Shown in pieces: positions 12,101 through 24,100 of a stretch of DNA of 64,000 nt. The DNA is taken from positions 1,556,622 to 1,620,621 of the forward strand of contig JAHRHZ010000061.1 of NCBI GenBank assembly GCA_024137785.1, read 5' to 3'. The notes beneath the pieces are model-generated. The model saw nothing but the letters and a program-made list of their open reading frames with translations, made no database searches and was not told the origin of the DNA. This DNA comes from Ginglymostoma cirratum. Its lineage: Eukaryota. Position 1 is the stretch's first letter, and each line of letters opens with the position of its first letter. The position numbers and the translations under genes are program-made.

Positions 12101-15100
12101 ACCTGCATCTGCTGCTTGCTCTGGCACTTCATTCCAAATATGAACCACCCTCAGTGTGAAAAGGTTGCTCCTCAGGTCCCTTTTAAATCTTTCTCCTCTC
12201 ACTTGTGGGTCTCACTTTTTACACACAATATCTTCATTGCTCATTTTGCCGTTGCCAACCTCTGCCTTACACTGCTTTTTAACACATAAGGCAGGGCAAG
12301 CAGCTAGTTATGGAATGGAGCACTGAACGTCAAGGAGATGGGCATGTTGATGTACAGCAGCATGTGCCAGCAGCTTAAGTGGAAAGCACTGTCAGTGCTT
12401 CAAGCTGTAAACCATGTGTGAAAGTCAAAGGGCACGAATCCTTATGGTGTAAAGGGGGCCTTTAGTAAGTCAGGGAGTTGGTGCCACAATCAGTAAAGGG
12501 GATTGTCTGATTCCAGTCCAGGGCTTTGGCCATGGTCAGTCACTTGGGGTCAGGAGTTTAGATTGGAGTTAATCAGAAGGTAGTTCACGGAGTCCTGGGG
12601 AAAGTGGGGTACTCAAGATTGAGATGGGTTTCATCGCATTGGATCAGCGAGGGAGTGAATACAGTGATTGGGGTAATTCTATATCAAAGATTGGGACCTC
12701 ATAGGTCATGGTCACTTGTAAGATATCTCACAGGTCCTGATTGCTCTGGCCTTACATCGGGAGGACCATCAAACAAGTGAATTTACAATGCCATGGGCTG
12801 TAGGGGTAAAGTGAGCATGTCAGTGGTAACATGAAGGAGCTCAACTGAAATCGGGAGGCTGTAAGGTCATAGAGGCTACAGGGACAGCACCACACAAGGA
12901 AATAAGAAGGATGGGAGTGTGGGGAATGACAGTCTTTCATCTTGGGCGGAACCTGCAACTCACTGACAAGAACACTTAAGGTGGAACCTTGCAATGTTAG
13001 ATCAAAAGTCAACTGCACAATAATTGCTCAAAATGACAGACACCTTATGCAAGTGGGCAGGGTAAATTTCTAGTTTTGTTTTAACTGACTGAGTAAAATC
13101 CTTGCGAATTGCAGTCCCCACGAGCAGCAACTCATCTAGCTTCAATTTAGACTTAATTGGCAGGGCATACATTGTCGAGATTGCACGGCCCATGTCATAG
13201 CTTCAAGCATCACATCGCACGGACCAATTCCGTCCTTGTTATGTATACAAAGCAACTACAATCAAACAAAGCACTTCAAAATGGAACTTTCCATTTCATA
13301 AATACGTTCCATAGCAAGCACTGGAAAACAATATTTTGCAACTACCACATTCTCCTGCTGAAATCTAAGTATGCAAGAACATGGTCTGCAGTGTAGAAGG
13401 GAACGTTTACTTTAGAGGGGAAATAATCATGGCTTACCGGCAGAATTCTATTCCAAATGTAGCATTAAAGTTTTGGCTGTGCAAAGTACAATTGGACAAT
13501 GTCATGTTCCACAGAGCTCCTTACATTGGCATGACAAGGCCTCCTTGTGAAGCCTCCTTACTGCGTAACATGAGGCTTAACTGTGATAGGTATAAGGGTT
13601 GAGGAATCTTTTCAATAAACTGATGGTTCTGTTCTAGCATTCCCCACAGATTATCTGTTTGTGGATCTCCCATCAAGGATTCCTGATAAGGAAGGCTATC
13701 TGAAGCGAAGGAGCCAGTAGTTTGCGAGAGATGAGTAATGCTAGGCCATGACAAATTCTTTCATCCTTGGGATATTGATACAGAGAAAATAGGTGCAGGG
13801 TCAGCGTTTCAATCCTTTTAGTGTTCCCTATTTTTCATTATAATTATTACTGATCATGCCATTCAACAGCCTTTACATGCTTTTCTCCACATCCTCATAT
13901 ACCTTTAGCCCCAAATGCTACACTGAACTTCTTGAAATCACACAATGTTTTGGCCTTGATGCTTTCTGTGGTAGCAAATTCCACAGGCTCACCACTCTCT
14001 AGGTGAGGAAATTTCTCCTCATCGCAGGCTTAAATGGTTTAGCGTGAATTCTTAGACTTGGACTCCAGGTTCTTGGTCTCCACTGCTATTGGGAACTTCC
14101 TTCCTACATCTCCCCCATCTAGTCCCGCTACAATTTTATCAGTTTCTGTGAGATCCCCCTTCATTCTTCTGAATTCCAGCAAATATATTCCTGATTCAAC
14201 CTCTCCTCGTATGTCAGTCCTGCCATGCCAGGAATCAATTTGGGAAACCTTCACTGCATTCCCTCAATAGCAAGAACATCCTTCCTCAGATAAGGAGGCC
14301 GAAACTGCACACAATATTCCAGGTGTGGTCTCACCGAGGCCCTGTAAATTTCAACAAGACATCCCTGCTCGTGTAGGATCATAGAATCTCTACAGTGTGG
14401 AAACAGGCCCTTCGGCCCAACAAGTCCACACTGAACCTCAGAGCATCCCACCCAGACCCATCCCCTATAACCCACCTAATCTACACCTCCCTGAACACTA
14501 CGGGCAATTTAGCATGGTCAATCCACATAACCCGCACATCTTTCGACTGTGGGAAGAAACTGGAGCACCCGGAGGAAACCCACGCAGACACGGGGAGAAT
14601 GTGCAAACTCCACACAGACAGTCGCCTGAGGCTGGAATCAAACCCAGGTCCCTGGCACTGTGAGGCAGCAGTGCTAACCACTGTGCCACCCACTTGAATC
14701 CTCTCGCTATGAAGGCCAGCAGACTATTTGCCTTCTTTACTGCCTGCTGCATGTGCATGCTTATCTACAGCAACTGGTGTACATGGACTCTTGCAAATTC
14801 CCCCTCCCAATTTATAGCCATATCTTAAAAGTTTGTTCATGTCTCTCAAGATTTGATTTAACCAGGTTCAAAAGTGAAAAAGGAACAACAGTCATGATCC
14901 TGCAATTAGTCATGAACTGGTAAAGCTAGCATCCAGCACTAAAAATGACTTCAGAAACTACTTCATGATATATAATGGTGGTGGTAGAGAAAAGCAACTA
15001 AACTTTGCTATGGTTAGAAAAGAATACACAATGCAAGCAAAGAACTGTCAAGTCTTCCCTAGTGAGGCAGTGAACACCTAACAAGAGGGGCTAATGCAGA

Positions 15101-18100
15101 GCTTGACTGTAAAGGAGAAAGCAGCACATAGTAGGAAGGCATCCATCAGGAGGGAGCTTAAAGATTTGCAAGTGAAGGAGGAAATCAGAGAGTCAGTGGA
15201 CAGCCAGTTAAGATGAATACAACTATGACAGACACTGTGGAAGACTGGCAGAACTCAGCGGCAGACTTGATTCAGAAAACAGGTGATGTAATATCTACAA
15301 GATAATCAGGGAGGACAAAAGCTCAGAGAGAAACTTGGTGATAGAATGAAAATATAGAAATTACAGTTAGGGAAAGGAAGACGCTGTTGAAGAGGTGAAA
15401 ACAGTCAGACCTCAAAGAAGATAAAGAACATCATTAGAAGGGAACAGCAATGTAGAGAAAGTGATTGCTGGAGAAGGATTTCTGGCCAGTGAATGTCTAG
15501 ATACCAGGTATCAACGACCAATATGATATTCTTGCTACCAAAGGGAACAGAAAGAATAAAAAGCTTCAGAAAACTAGCTACTGGAAGTAGGTTAACACAG
15601 GATGAGAGAAATAGATGTACAAAGACGATTACAGGCTGAGCAACCTCAATGTAAGAAGATAAAATTTTTCCATACTGTAGGGATTCCATGATTCTAAAAT
15701 CAAAGAGAGGTACGGTCTATATGTAATTGACTGATGAATAAATTACACAATGACCAAAGTGTGAAGAGGAAGCTACAAATGGCGGAATAACAGCTAGTAT
15801 AGTAAAAGAAATCAAAACAGGTTTGAAAAATGGCAAAATAGTGTCTAGAACCATAGAAACATTACTGTACGGAATTCCCTTGCTTTGTTTACCCTGTCCA
15901 AATGCTTAATCTAGATTGAATTCCATTTACCACTTCTCCACCCATTCATCGAAACCACTGACATCATCCCGCAGTCAACATGCGTCCTTTTCACAATCGA
16001 CTATCTGGCCGATATATGTGCAATGTACTAATTTCCCAATCGTGCCTTCAACATGCAAGTCTAAAGCCTAAATATAGACCACATCAGCAAGTGACCAACA
16101 CTGAGCCATGTGAAACATCAGTGAAAACCACTTTCCATTACAAAAACATCGCTTTGTTCTGTCACTGAACCAACTTTGAATCTAATGTACCGCATTCCCT
16201 TGTATCCATGGGTTTTAATTTTTGGACCAATCTATCATTTGGGACCTTGTGAAATGATTTACTTAACCCATGTAGCTATCATCTTCTGCACTACCCTCAA
16301 TAATCCTCCCTGTTACTTTCTGAAATAAATGCAAAAGCAAGGCGTGATCTTTCCTTAACAAAACCATGCTACGTATACGAGATAACAAGGTGTGGAGCTG
16401 GATGAACACAGCAGGCCAAGCAGCATCATAGGAGCAGGAAANNNNNNNNNNNNNNNNNNNNNNNNNNNNNNNNNNNNNNNNNNNNNNNNNNNNNNNNNNN
16501 NNNNNNNNNNNNNNNNNNNNNNNNNNNNNNNNNNNNNNNNNNNNNNNNNNNNNNNNNNNNNNNNNNNNNNNNNNNNNNNNNNNNNNNNNNNNNNNNNNNN
16601 NNNNNNNNNNNNNNNNNNNNNNNNNNNNNNNNNNNNNNNNNNNNNNNNNNNNNNNNNNNNNNNNNNNNNNNNNNNNNNNNNNNNNNNNNNNNNNNNNNNN
16701 NNNNNNNNNNNNNNNNNNNNNNNNNNNNNNNNNNNNNNNNNNNNNNNNNNNNNNNNNNNNNNNNNNNNNNNNNNNNNNNNNNNNNNNNNNNNNNNNNNNN
16801 NNNNNNNNNNNNNNNNNNNNNNNNNNNNNNNNNNNNNNNNNTCAACTTTCCTGCTCCTCTGATGCTGCTCGGCCTGCTGTGTTCATCCGGCTCCACAACG
16901 TTTTATCTCAGATTCTCCAGCATCAGCAGTTCCTACTATCTCTGTAACAGGCCAACTGGGACTAGCTTAGTTTAGGAAACTTGGTCGGTATGGATAAGTT
17001 GCTCCAAAAGGTCTGTTGCTGTATGACTCTATGACTCCGAGTCCTGCGTTGCCTCATAGTTTTCCTATCATCTTATGTACCTGAAGTTAGATTCCTTACC
17101 CCTTCCATACTGTCTGTTCTATTACTTGTTCTGGAAACTTTAATAACCTCTGCTGAACACCACCTCCCCCACCAACGTTTAACTATTTTGAAGTCCTGTG
17201 GCCACCCTATTTAGCCTTACCACAAGGACCTATTAGCTGCAGAGCAGGCAATCCCAAAACTGTTGCTGGAAAAGCTCAGCAGGTCTAGCAGCATCTGTGA
17301 AGGAAAAAACAGAGTTAATGTTTCGGGTCCAGTTACCCTTCCTCAGAAGTCACCGGACTCGAAACATTAACTCTGTTTTTTCCTTCACAGATGCTGCCAG
17401 ACCCGCTGAGCTTTTCCAGCGACTTTGTTTTTGTTCCTGATTTATAGCATCCGCAGTTCTTTCGGTTTTTAATCCCAAAACTGTATTTGGATGTATAAAA
17501 AATTCTGATAGCCAGCCTGCCTGCAATGTTGTGGCTGCTGGGCAAGATGCAGCTGATCAAATGCCTAAATCATGCACTGTTTATAAAGCACATGCCACGT
17601 CTGCATTAAATAGCATATAGTGAAGCTGCAAGACTATGTTCTATTGTACTGCAGCATTGCTATAAATGTTCATATGGTGGTGCTGTGTTTGTTTCCTCGC
17701 AGTAGCAATACAAAATGAACTGATTCAAATCAAATCAGCATAAGGACCTGTTTAAGAGGAACCAAATTTAAATGGGCCTTTCACTGTTAAACAAACTTTC
17801 TCTTTCTCTTCTTCCACATTCGACAAGTGAAAGAACCATGTTCTATTAGCGTGGTCGTAACTACCTAGTTCCCAAACTTGACCATCAAAAATTTATAAAA
17901 GGGTCTCCTTACCATTGAGTCGTCATCATTCTTTAAGTCTGCCGGCTCCATTGTTTGCTCTTTTGTCTCTTGTGTGGCAGTAAGTGCAGGCAGGCCAGTT
18001 GCTAAAAGATATAACAATTTGTCAGCCTGACTTTCACGTCATAATGTATAATGGTTAGGTTTCTTTCAGTTTCGGGAATGTTAGCACACTGGTTAAACAA

Positions 18101-21100
18101 ACACGTTGGTGATTCTGTTTGCAATAACGAAATTGAATTGAACAGACTCCACAATCAGTTATTATCAAATCACAAACCACATTCTAACAAATTATGTTCC
18201 CACAAAACTAACCCTAAAACAAGACTGCACCTTAAAGAGATTTTCCTTCTGAAAGTGGCTAGACTGAGAAAGAATAAAGCAGAATGGGCCACCCCATGAA
18301 GTTATGCTGACAAAACATTCAGGTTGGATAAACACAGAAACAAAGGATAGTAGCACATTCAGCCCTTCCAGCTTTCTCCACCAATCATCAAGATTATGAC
18401 TTGTGGTCATATACTTCAAAGACTATCCCTACATTTCCCCCATATCCTTTGATCCCTTTAGCCCCAAGTGCTATATCCAACTTCTTCTTGAAATCAGAAA
18501 CTGTTTTGGCCTTGGTTGCTTTCCATGGTAGCAAATTCCATAGACTGACCATTCTCTGGGTAAAGAAATTTCTCTTCATCTCAGTCTTAAATGGTTTATT
18601 TCAAATCCTTAAACTGACAGCCCTGGTTCTGGGACTCCCCGGCTATTGGGAACATCATTCTTACATCTACCCTGTATAGTCCTGTTTCAATTTTATAGGT
18701 TTCTATGAGATTCCCCTTCATTCTTCTGAACTCCAGCGAATATACTCCTAACCGATTCAACCTCACCTCCTACGTCAGTCCTGCCATCCCAGGGATCAAC
18801 TTGGTAAAACTTTGCTGCACTCCTGTAGCAAGAACATCCTTCCTTGGGTAAGGAGACCAAAACTGCACACAATATTCCAGGTGTGGTCTCACAAGGCCCT
18901 GTATCATTTCAGCAAGACATTTCTCCTCCTATACTTGAATCCTCTTGCTATGGAAGGCCAACACACCATTGGCCTTCTTTACTGCCTGCTGTACCTGCAC
19001 AGTTACCTTCAGCGACTGGTGAACAAGAACACCAGGTCTCACTGCACATTCCCTCTGTCTCAACTTATGGCCATTGAGATAATAATCTGCCTTCCTGTTT
19101 TTGCTATCAAAGTGGATAATCTCTCATTTATCTACATAATACTTCATCTGCCATGCAATTGCCCACTGACTCACCTTGTCCAAATCACACTGAAGCATTT
19201 CTGCATCCTCCTCACAGATTGCCCTCCCACTCAGGTTCCTGTCATTTGTAAATTTGAACATACTACTTTTCGTTCCCTAATCTAAATCATTAACGGACTC
19301 CAGCATTCTCTCTACTACTGACGTCAGGCTTACTGGTCTATAGTTCTGGTTTTCTCTCTGCATCCCTTTTTAAATAGAGGAGTTACATTAGCTACTCTCC
19401 AATCAGTTGGAATTGCTCCAGAGCCTACAGAATGTTGAAAGGTGACCATCAGTACATCCACTATTTCTAGGCACAATTCCTGGGATCTAATGCTATGTCT
19501 AATTTCCTTCGTAAGCTATGGTTTTGCCACCTTTCCCTTTTTAGTTTTATGCCAGACAGTAATTAAGAATTCTTGAAGTTCACCCATGCGCTCTTTGAAA
19601 GTTGCTATTGCATTTCCACTGTCATCCTTTAAATAATGTTCCTCAATCTATTTTAGCCAACTCACACCTCATACCATCATAGTTTCTTTAATTTAGAATC
19701 AGGACTTTAATCTCAGAATCAACTATGTCATTCACCATCTTGATTCTGTAATATCATGGGCCTTGCGCAACTACATTGTCGATTATTCCTTTCTCATTTC
19801 ACAATACCGAGTCTAGGATGGTCTGTTCTGTGTTGGTTCCTCAATGTATTGGTCCAGTAAACTATTACATATACACTCCAGGAATTCCCTCTCTACAGTA
19901 TTGTCACTAAATTGACTTGCCCAATCTTAATGCAGATTAAAGTCACACATAATTACAGATGTTCCTTTATTGCATGTATCTCTAATTTCCTGAATAACGC
20001 CAAACATTACCCTACAGTTTGGGAGTCTATATACAATCTCCACTAATACCTTTTACCCATTGGTGTTTCTCAGCTCTACCTGTACAGATTCCATATCATC
20101 AGAGTGAATATCCTTCTCTACTACTGCGTTAATGTCATCCTTAACCAGCAATGTAACTATACTGCCTTTTCCTTTTTGTCTGTCATTCCTAAATACTAGA
20201 TATTCAGTTCCCATCTCTGGTCACTCAGCAGCCTTGCTATCATAATGCAGAGTATATCATAGCTGTTTTCATCTATTTGCATGATCAATTCATCCACTTT
20301 ATTGCAAATGCTCTATGCATTAAGGCACAAACTTTACGGTGACCCTTTTTAACATTTATTGTTCCATTCCCATCATTTTTCACTGTGGCACTGTTTGATC
20401 CTGGCCCTTGATTTCTCCGCCCATCACTTTTCTTATTCCCTTTCTGTCTTTTGTTCTTGTCCTTTATTCCCCTTGCTCTGACTCCTTGTATAGGTTCCCA
20501 TCTCCCTGCAGTTTTAGTTTAAAAATCTTCCCAACCACACAAGCAAATACTCCCTCGAGGAGATCAATCCTGATCCTGCTCAGGTGTAACCCATCCAGTT
20601 TGTATCATCTCACCTCCCACAGAACCGGTCCGAATGTCCTAAGAATCTGAAATCCTCCTCTTTGTGCCATCTTTTCAGCAATATACTCATCTGATTTATC
20701 TTGCTATTTCTACGCTGACTAGCACACAGTGCTGGTAGTAATCTTGAGATCACTACCTTTGAGTTCCTACCTTTTAACTTACTTCCTAACTCCTTAAGTT
20801 CTGCTTTTAGGACCACATCCTTTTTTTCTTTTACCCTATGTTATTGGTACCAATGTGTACCATGTTCTGCAGCTACTCTGAGACATCCTTGACCCTAGTA
20901 CCAGGAAGGCAACATACCATCCAGGAGTCTTGTTTGTACCCACAGAAATGCCTGTCTATCTCCCTTACTGCATTATCCCACAGTTTTTACTCTTCCTCTG
21001 TGAGGCAGAGCCAGCACCAGCACAAAGAATTGGCTGTTGTTGCTTTACTGAGAGGCCATTCCCCTCAACAGTATCCAAAACGGATATCTGTTGCACATAT

Positions 21101-24100
21101 TGTGCATGTTGTTCATCAAGTACCATGATACCAGACCTGCCGATTTTCTCCAGCATTTTATGTGTTTGTTTCAGATTTCCAGCATTCCTAGTATTTTGCT
21201 TTTATAGGCACATAGGTGCCCCAGAGGATTTTGACAAAGTGGAGAGCAGTTTCTCCTTGAAGGACAGCCTCAGACACAGGGACACAGTTAATTTTAGAAT
21301 ATTCTGAAGGTGGAGGGTGATACATTGTTAACTAGAAAAAGGACATAAAGGTTGTCAGAAGTAGGTGGAATTGAGACCACAATCAAATCAGCTATAACCT
21401 TTCTGGAAGACAATGCAGGTTTAAGTCTTCTTTTCCTCATTTGTATGTACAATGTGGGACTTCCTGCCAGTTCCTGCAGGTCAAGAACTGACTTGTTCAG
21501 TCACATGAAGTTCCACAGAGGAACTCATGACCCTGACTAGCTATCATCCTTAAACTGAGAGACAGTATGCGATGATGATACTTAATGTGTCACGATTTGT
21601 CACCAGTGCATAATTTTTGGCAGAAATAATAAAACTGAATGAGCACATTAATATAATGTTGTGCTAAGAGTCATCAGCACAGCCAACTACTTACCGTTTG
21701 TTGACATTTCTCCTTTTGTCTGTGTTGGCGTTCCTATCAAATATTGAAACAAAAAGATTAGAGCTTTTTCATAGTTATGGGTTGCCCGAAAGTGCCTTCA
21801 AGTTACATTTTAGTACTTTTGAATTTATTGATAATAGCAAGTCGGCCTTTTAGCATGTAGAGTAGTCTGGCCAATTCTAAACATTGCTCAATTTCATTCA
21901 ATCACAATCATTCAGTCAGTACGACACTGCGGTAGAGTGAGACAAAGACTGAGTGAATTTCTGACTATACTGTTGAAAATTTAGTTCAAAAAGTGGAAAC
22001 TCAATGCAAAAGTGGGACGGCAGTGCTTTATTTGAGGTTTACTGCAAGAAACCAGATTGAGAAGTCAATGGGAGACGATAAAAGACATGAATTGAAAGGC
22101 CAACTCACAGTAAGACCAGTGGGAGTGTGTGGTCACAAACCACACTGTGACATGAATGGAGGGAAATAAACTGACTAAGTATTAGATTCATACTGGGATT
22201 TTTAATATCTTTTTAGTTTATAAATAAGAAATATTATTACAATAAAGTATAAAGAGCAGGGAATCTTGAGTAATTTGTTTATAAGTTAAAGTAAATACAA
22301 TAGAAACAGCAGGGTGGGTAATATGTAGCTGCTGCAACATGCGGAAGCTGATGGACACCAAAGTGATCCAGAGCAATCAGATCTGGAAAAAGGTTGGCAG
22401 TTCACAGAACATTGCATGTGAGTCAAGAAACTGGAGTCTCAGCTGCAGGCACTGTGTCAGGGAAGGGAAAAGTCACCAAGACAATTTGCTTCAGAGGACG
22501 GTCATATGCTTCAGGTTAGGTAATTCAAAATTGGTCTAATGATCATGGACAGGTGGCTGTGATTGCACGCAAGGCAGGTATGAAGACCATGAGTGTTAAA
22601 ATTCAGGAGCCTTGGTCCTGGCAATTCTCCAATAGTTACAAGTTTCTTGCAAACTGATAATCTAGACAGCAGGACGGATGAACAAACTATCTTGGCACCT
22701 TGGTGCAGGGTGCCATTCAAATGAGAGGAGGAAATAGGAATTTAGCTGTGCTAGGGGACAGTATACTAAAGGGATAGACACTGTTCTCTGCAGCCATCAA
22801 CAAGAGGTTTGAAGTCTGTTTTGCCTGCCTGATGCCGAGATTAAAGGACATTGTTTCAGACTAACAAAGAAATTGGGAAGAGGGAAGGCAAGTTCCAGGA
22901 GCCCTCATCCACGCTGGAACCAACAACATTGTTAAGACTGGAAAGGACACTTTGCTGAAAGATTTTAAACAGTTAGGAGCTAAATCAAAAGCAAGAACCT
23001 CCCAGGTAATAATTTCTGGATTACTATCTGAGCCATGGGTAAACTGGCATAAGGTGAATAAAGTAATGGAGTTATACTGAGGTTGTACACTATGTTGGTT
23101 GAGGCCTCTTCTGGTCACCCAGTTATAGGGAGGATATTATTAAGCTGGAGAGGGTTCAGAATGGATTTACCAGGATGTCGCCAGGACTGGAGGGTTTGAG
23201 TTATAAGGAGAGGCTGGGACTTTTTTCACTGGAGTGCAGGAGGTTGAGGAGGTGACCTTATAGAGGTTTATAAAATCATGAGGGGTATAGATAAGGTGAA
23301 TGGCAGGTGTCTTTTCCCTAGGGTGGGGGATTTCAAGACTAGACGGCATTTTTTTAAGGTGAGAGGAGAAAGATTTAAAAAGGACATGATCGATTTTGTT
23401 TTAAACATATAGTGGTTTGCATGTGGAATGAACTTCCAGAGGAAGTGGTGGATACGGGTACAGTCACAATGTTTAAAAGATATTTAGATAAGTTCTTGAG
23501 TACGAAATATTTAATAACTAAATAAGCATTTGCAAATGAAGACTAAAAAATGATAAAGTGATGTCAAAAAGCAGGGAAATAAGATTAGATAAAGTTGAAA
23601 AGGGTTTGAATGGGATGAATGGTCTTCTCCATTGTAATCTATGGTCAATGGAACCATTTGGTAATAGGTGACCAACATATATTTACTGAATACTTCAAAA
23701 GACGACTTCTACACAATTATAGAAACTATTATTTTCCTTTCCATTTGTACTGTACCTTGTTGAAAAAATGACAACAGCAACTGCATGACATCGGCTACAG
23801 GTTTGCCCAGATAACCAGCCAGTTGATGGTGATCCTCCCAGAGTTTTTCAACAGGACAATTTTTAAGCTCCTTTAATGATTTACGATCTGCTCCTAGGCT
23901 CACAAGGACTTCAGTGATTCTGTCCCACTCAATGGCAAATTCAGGTTCCTCAATTCCGGTGTTCAGAGTTTCAAACAGAAGCTTGTTTCGAAAGTTCCAA
24001 AGACGCAATACAGATGCACTTTTGCTCTGATCATTTGCCAATGGTTCAGCGTCCCATCCACCGCGTGGTGCAGGAAGGATCTTTAGGTGTCTAATAAGTG

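Noticed and set aside
12752-13754. Short ORFs repeated at 49928-50763 as a duplicated gene
   Set aside because: Identity reflects the DNA duplication; no recognisable domain, the ORFs overlap on both strands, and no splice structure was found.
16392-16896. 156-aa ORFs in the ORF track
   Set aside because: Artefacts of reading through the 400-N gap.
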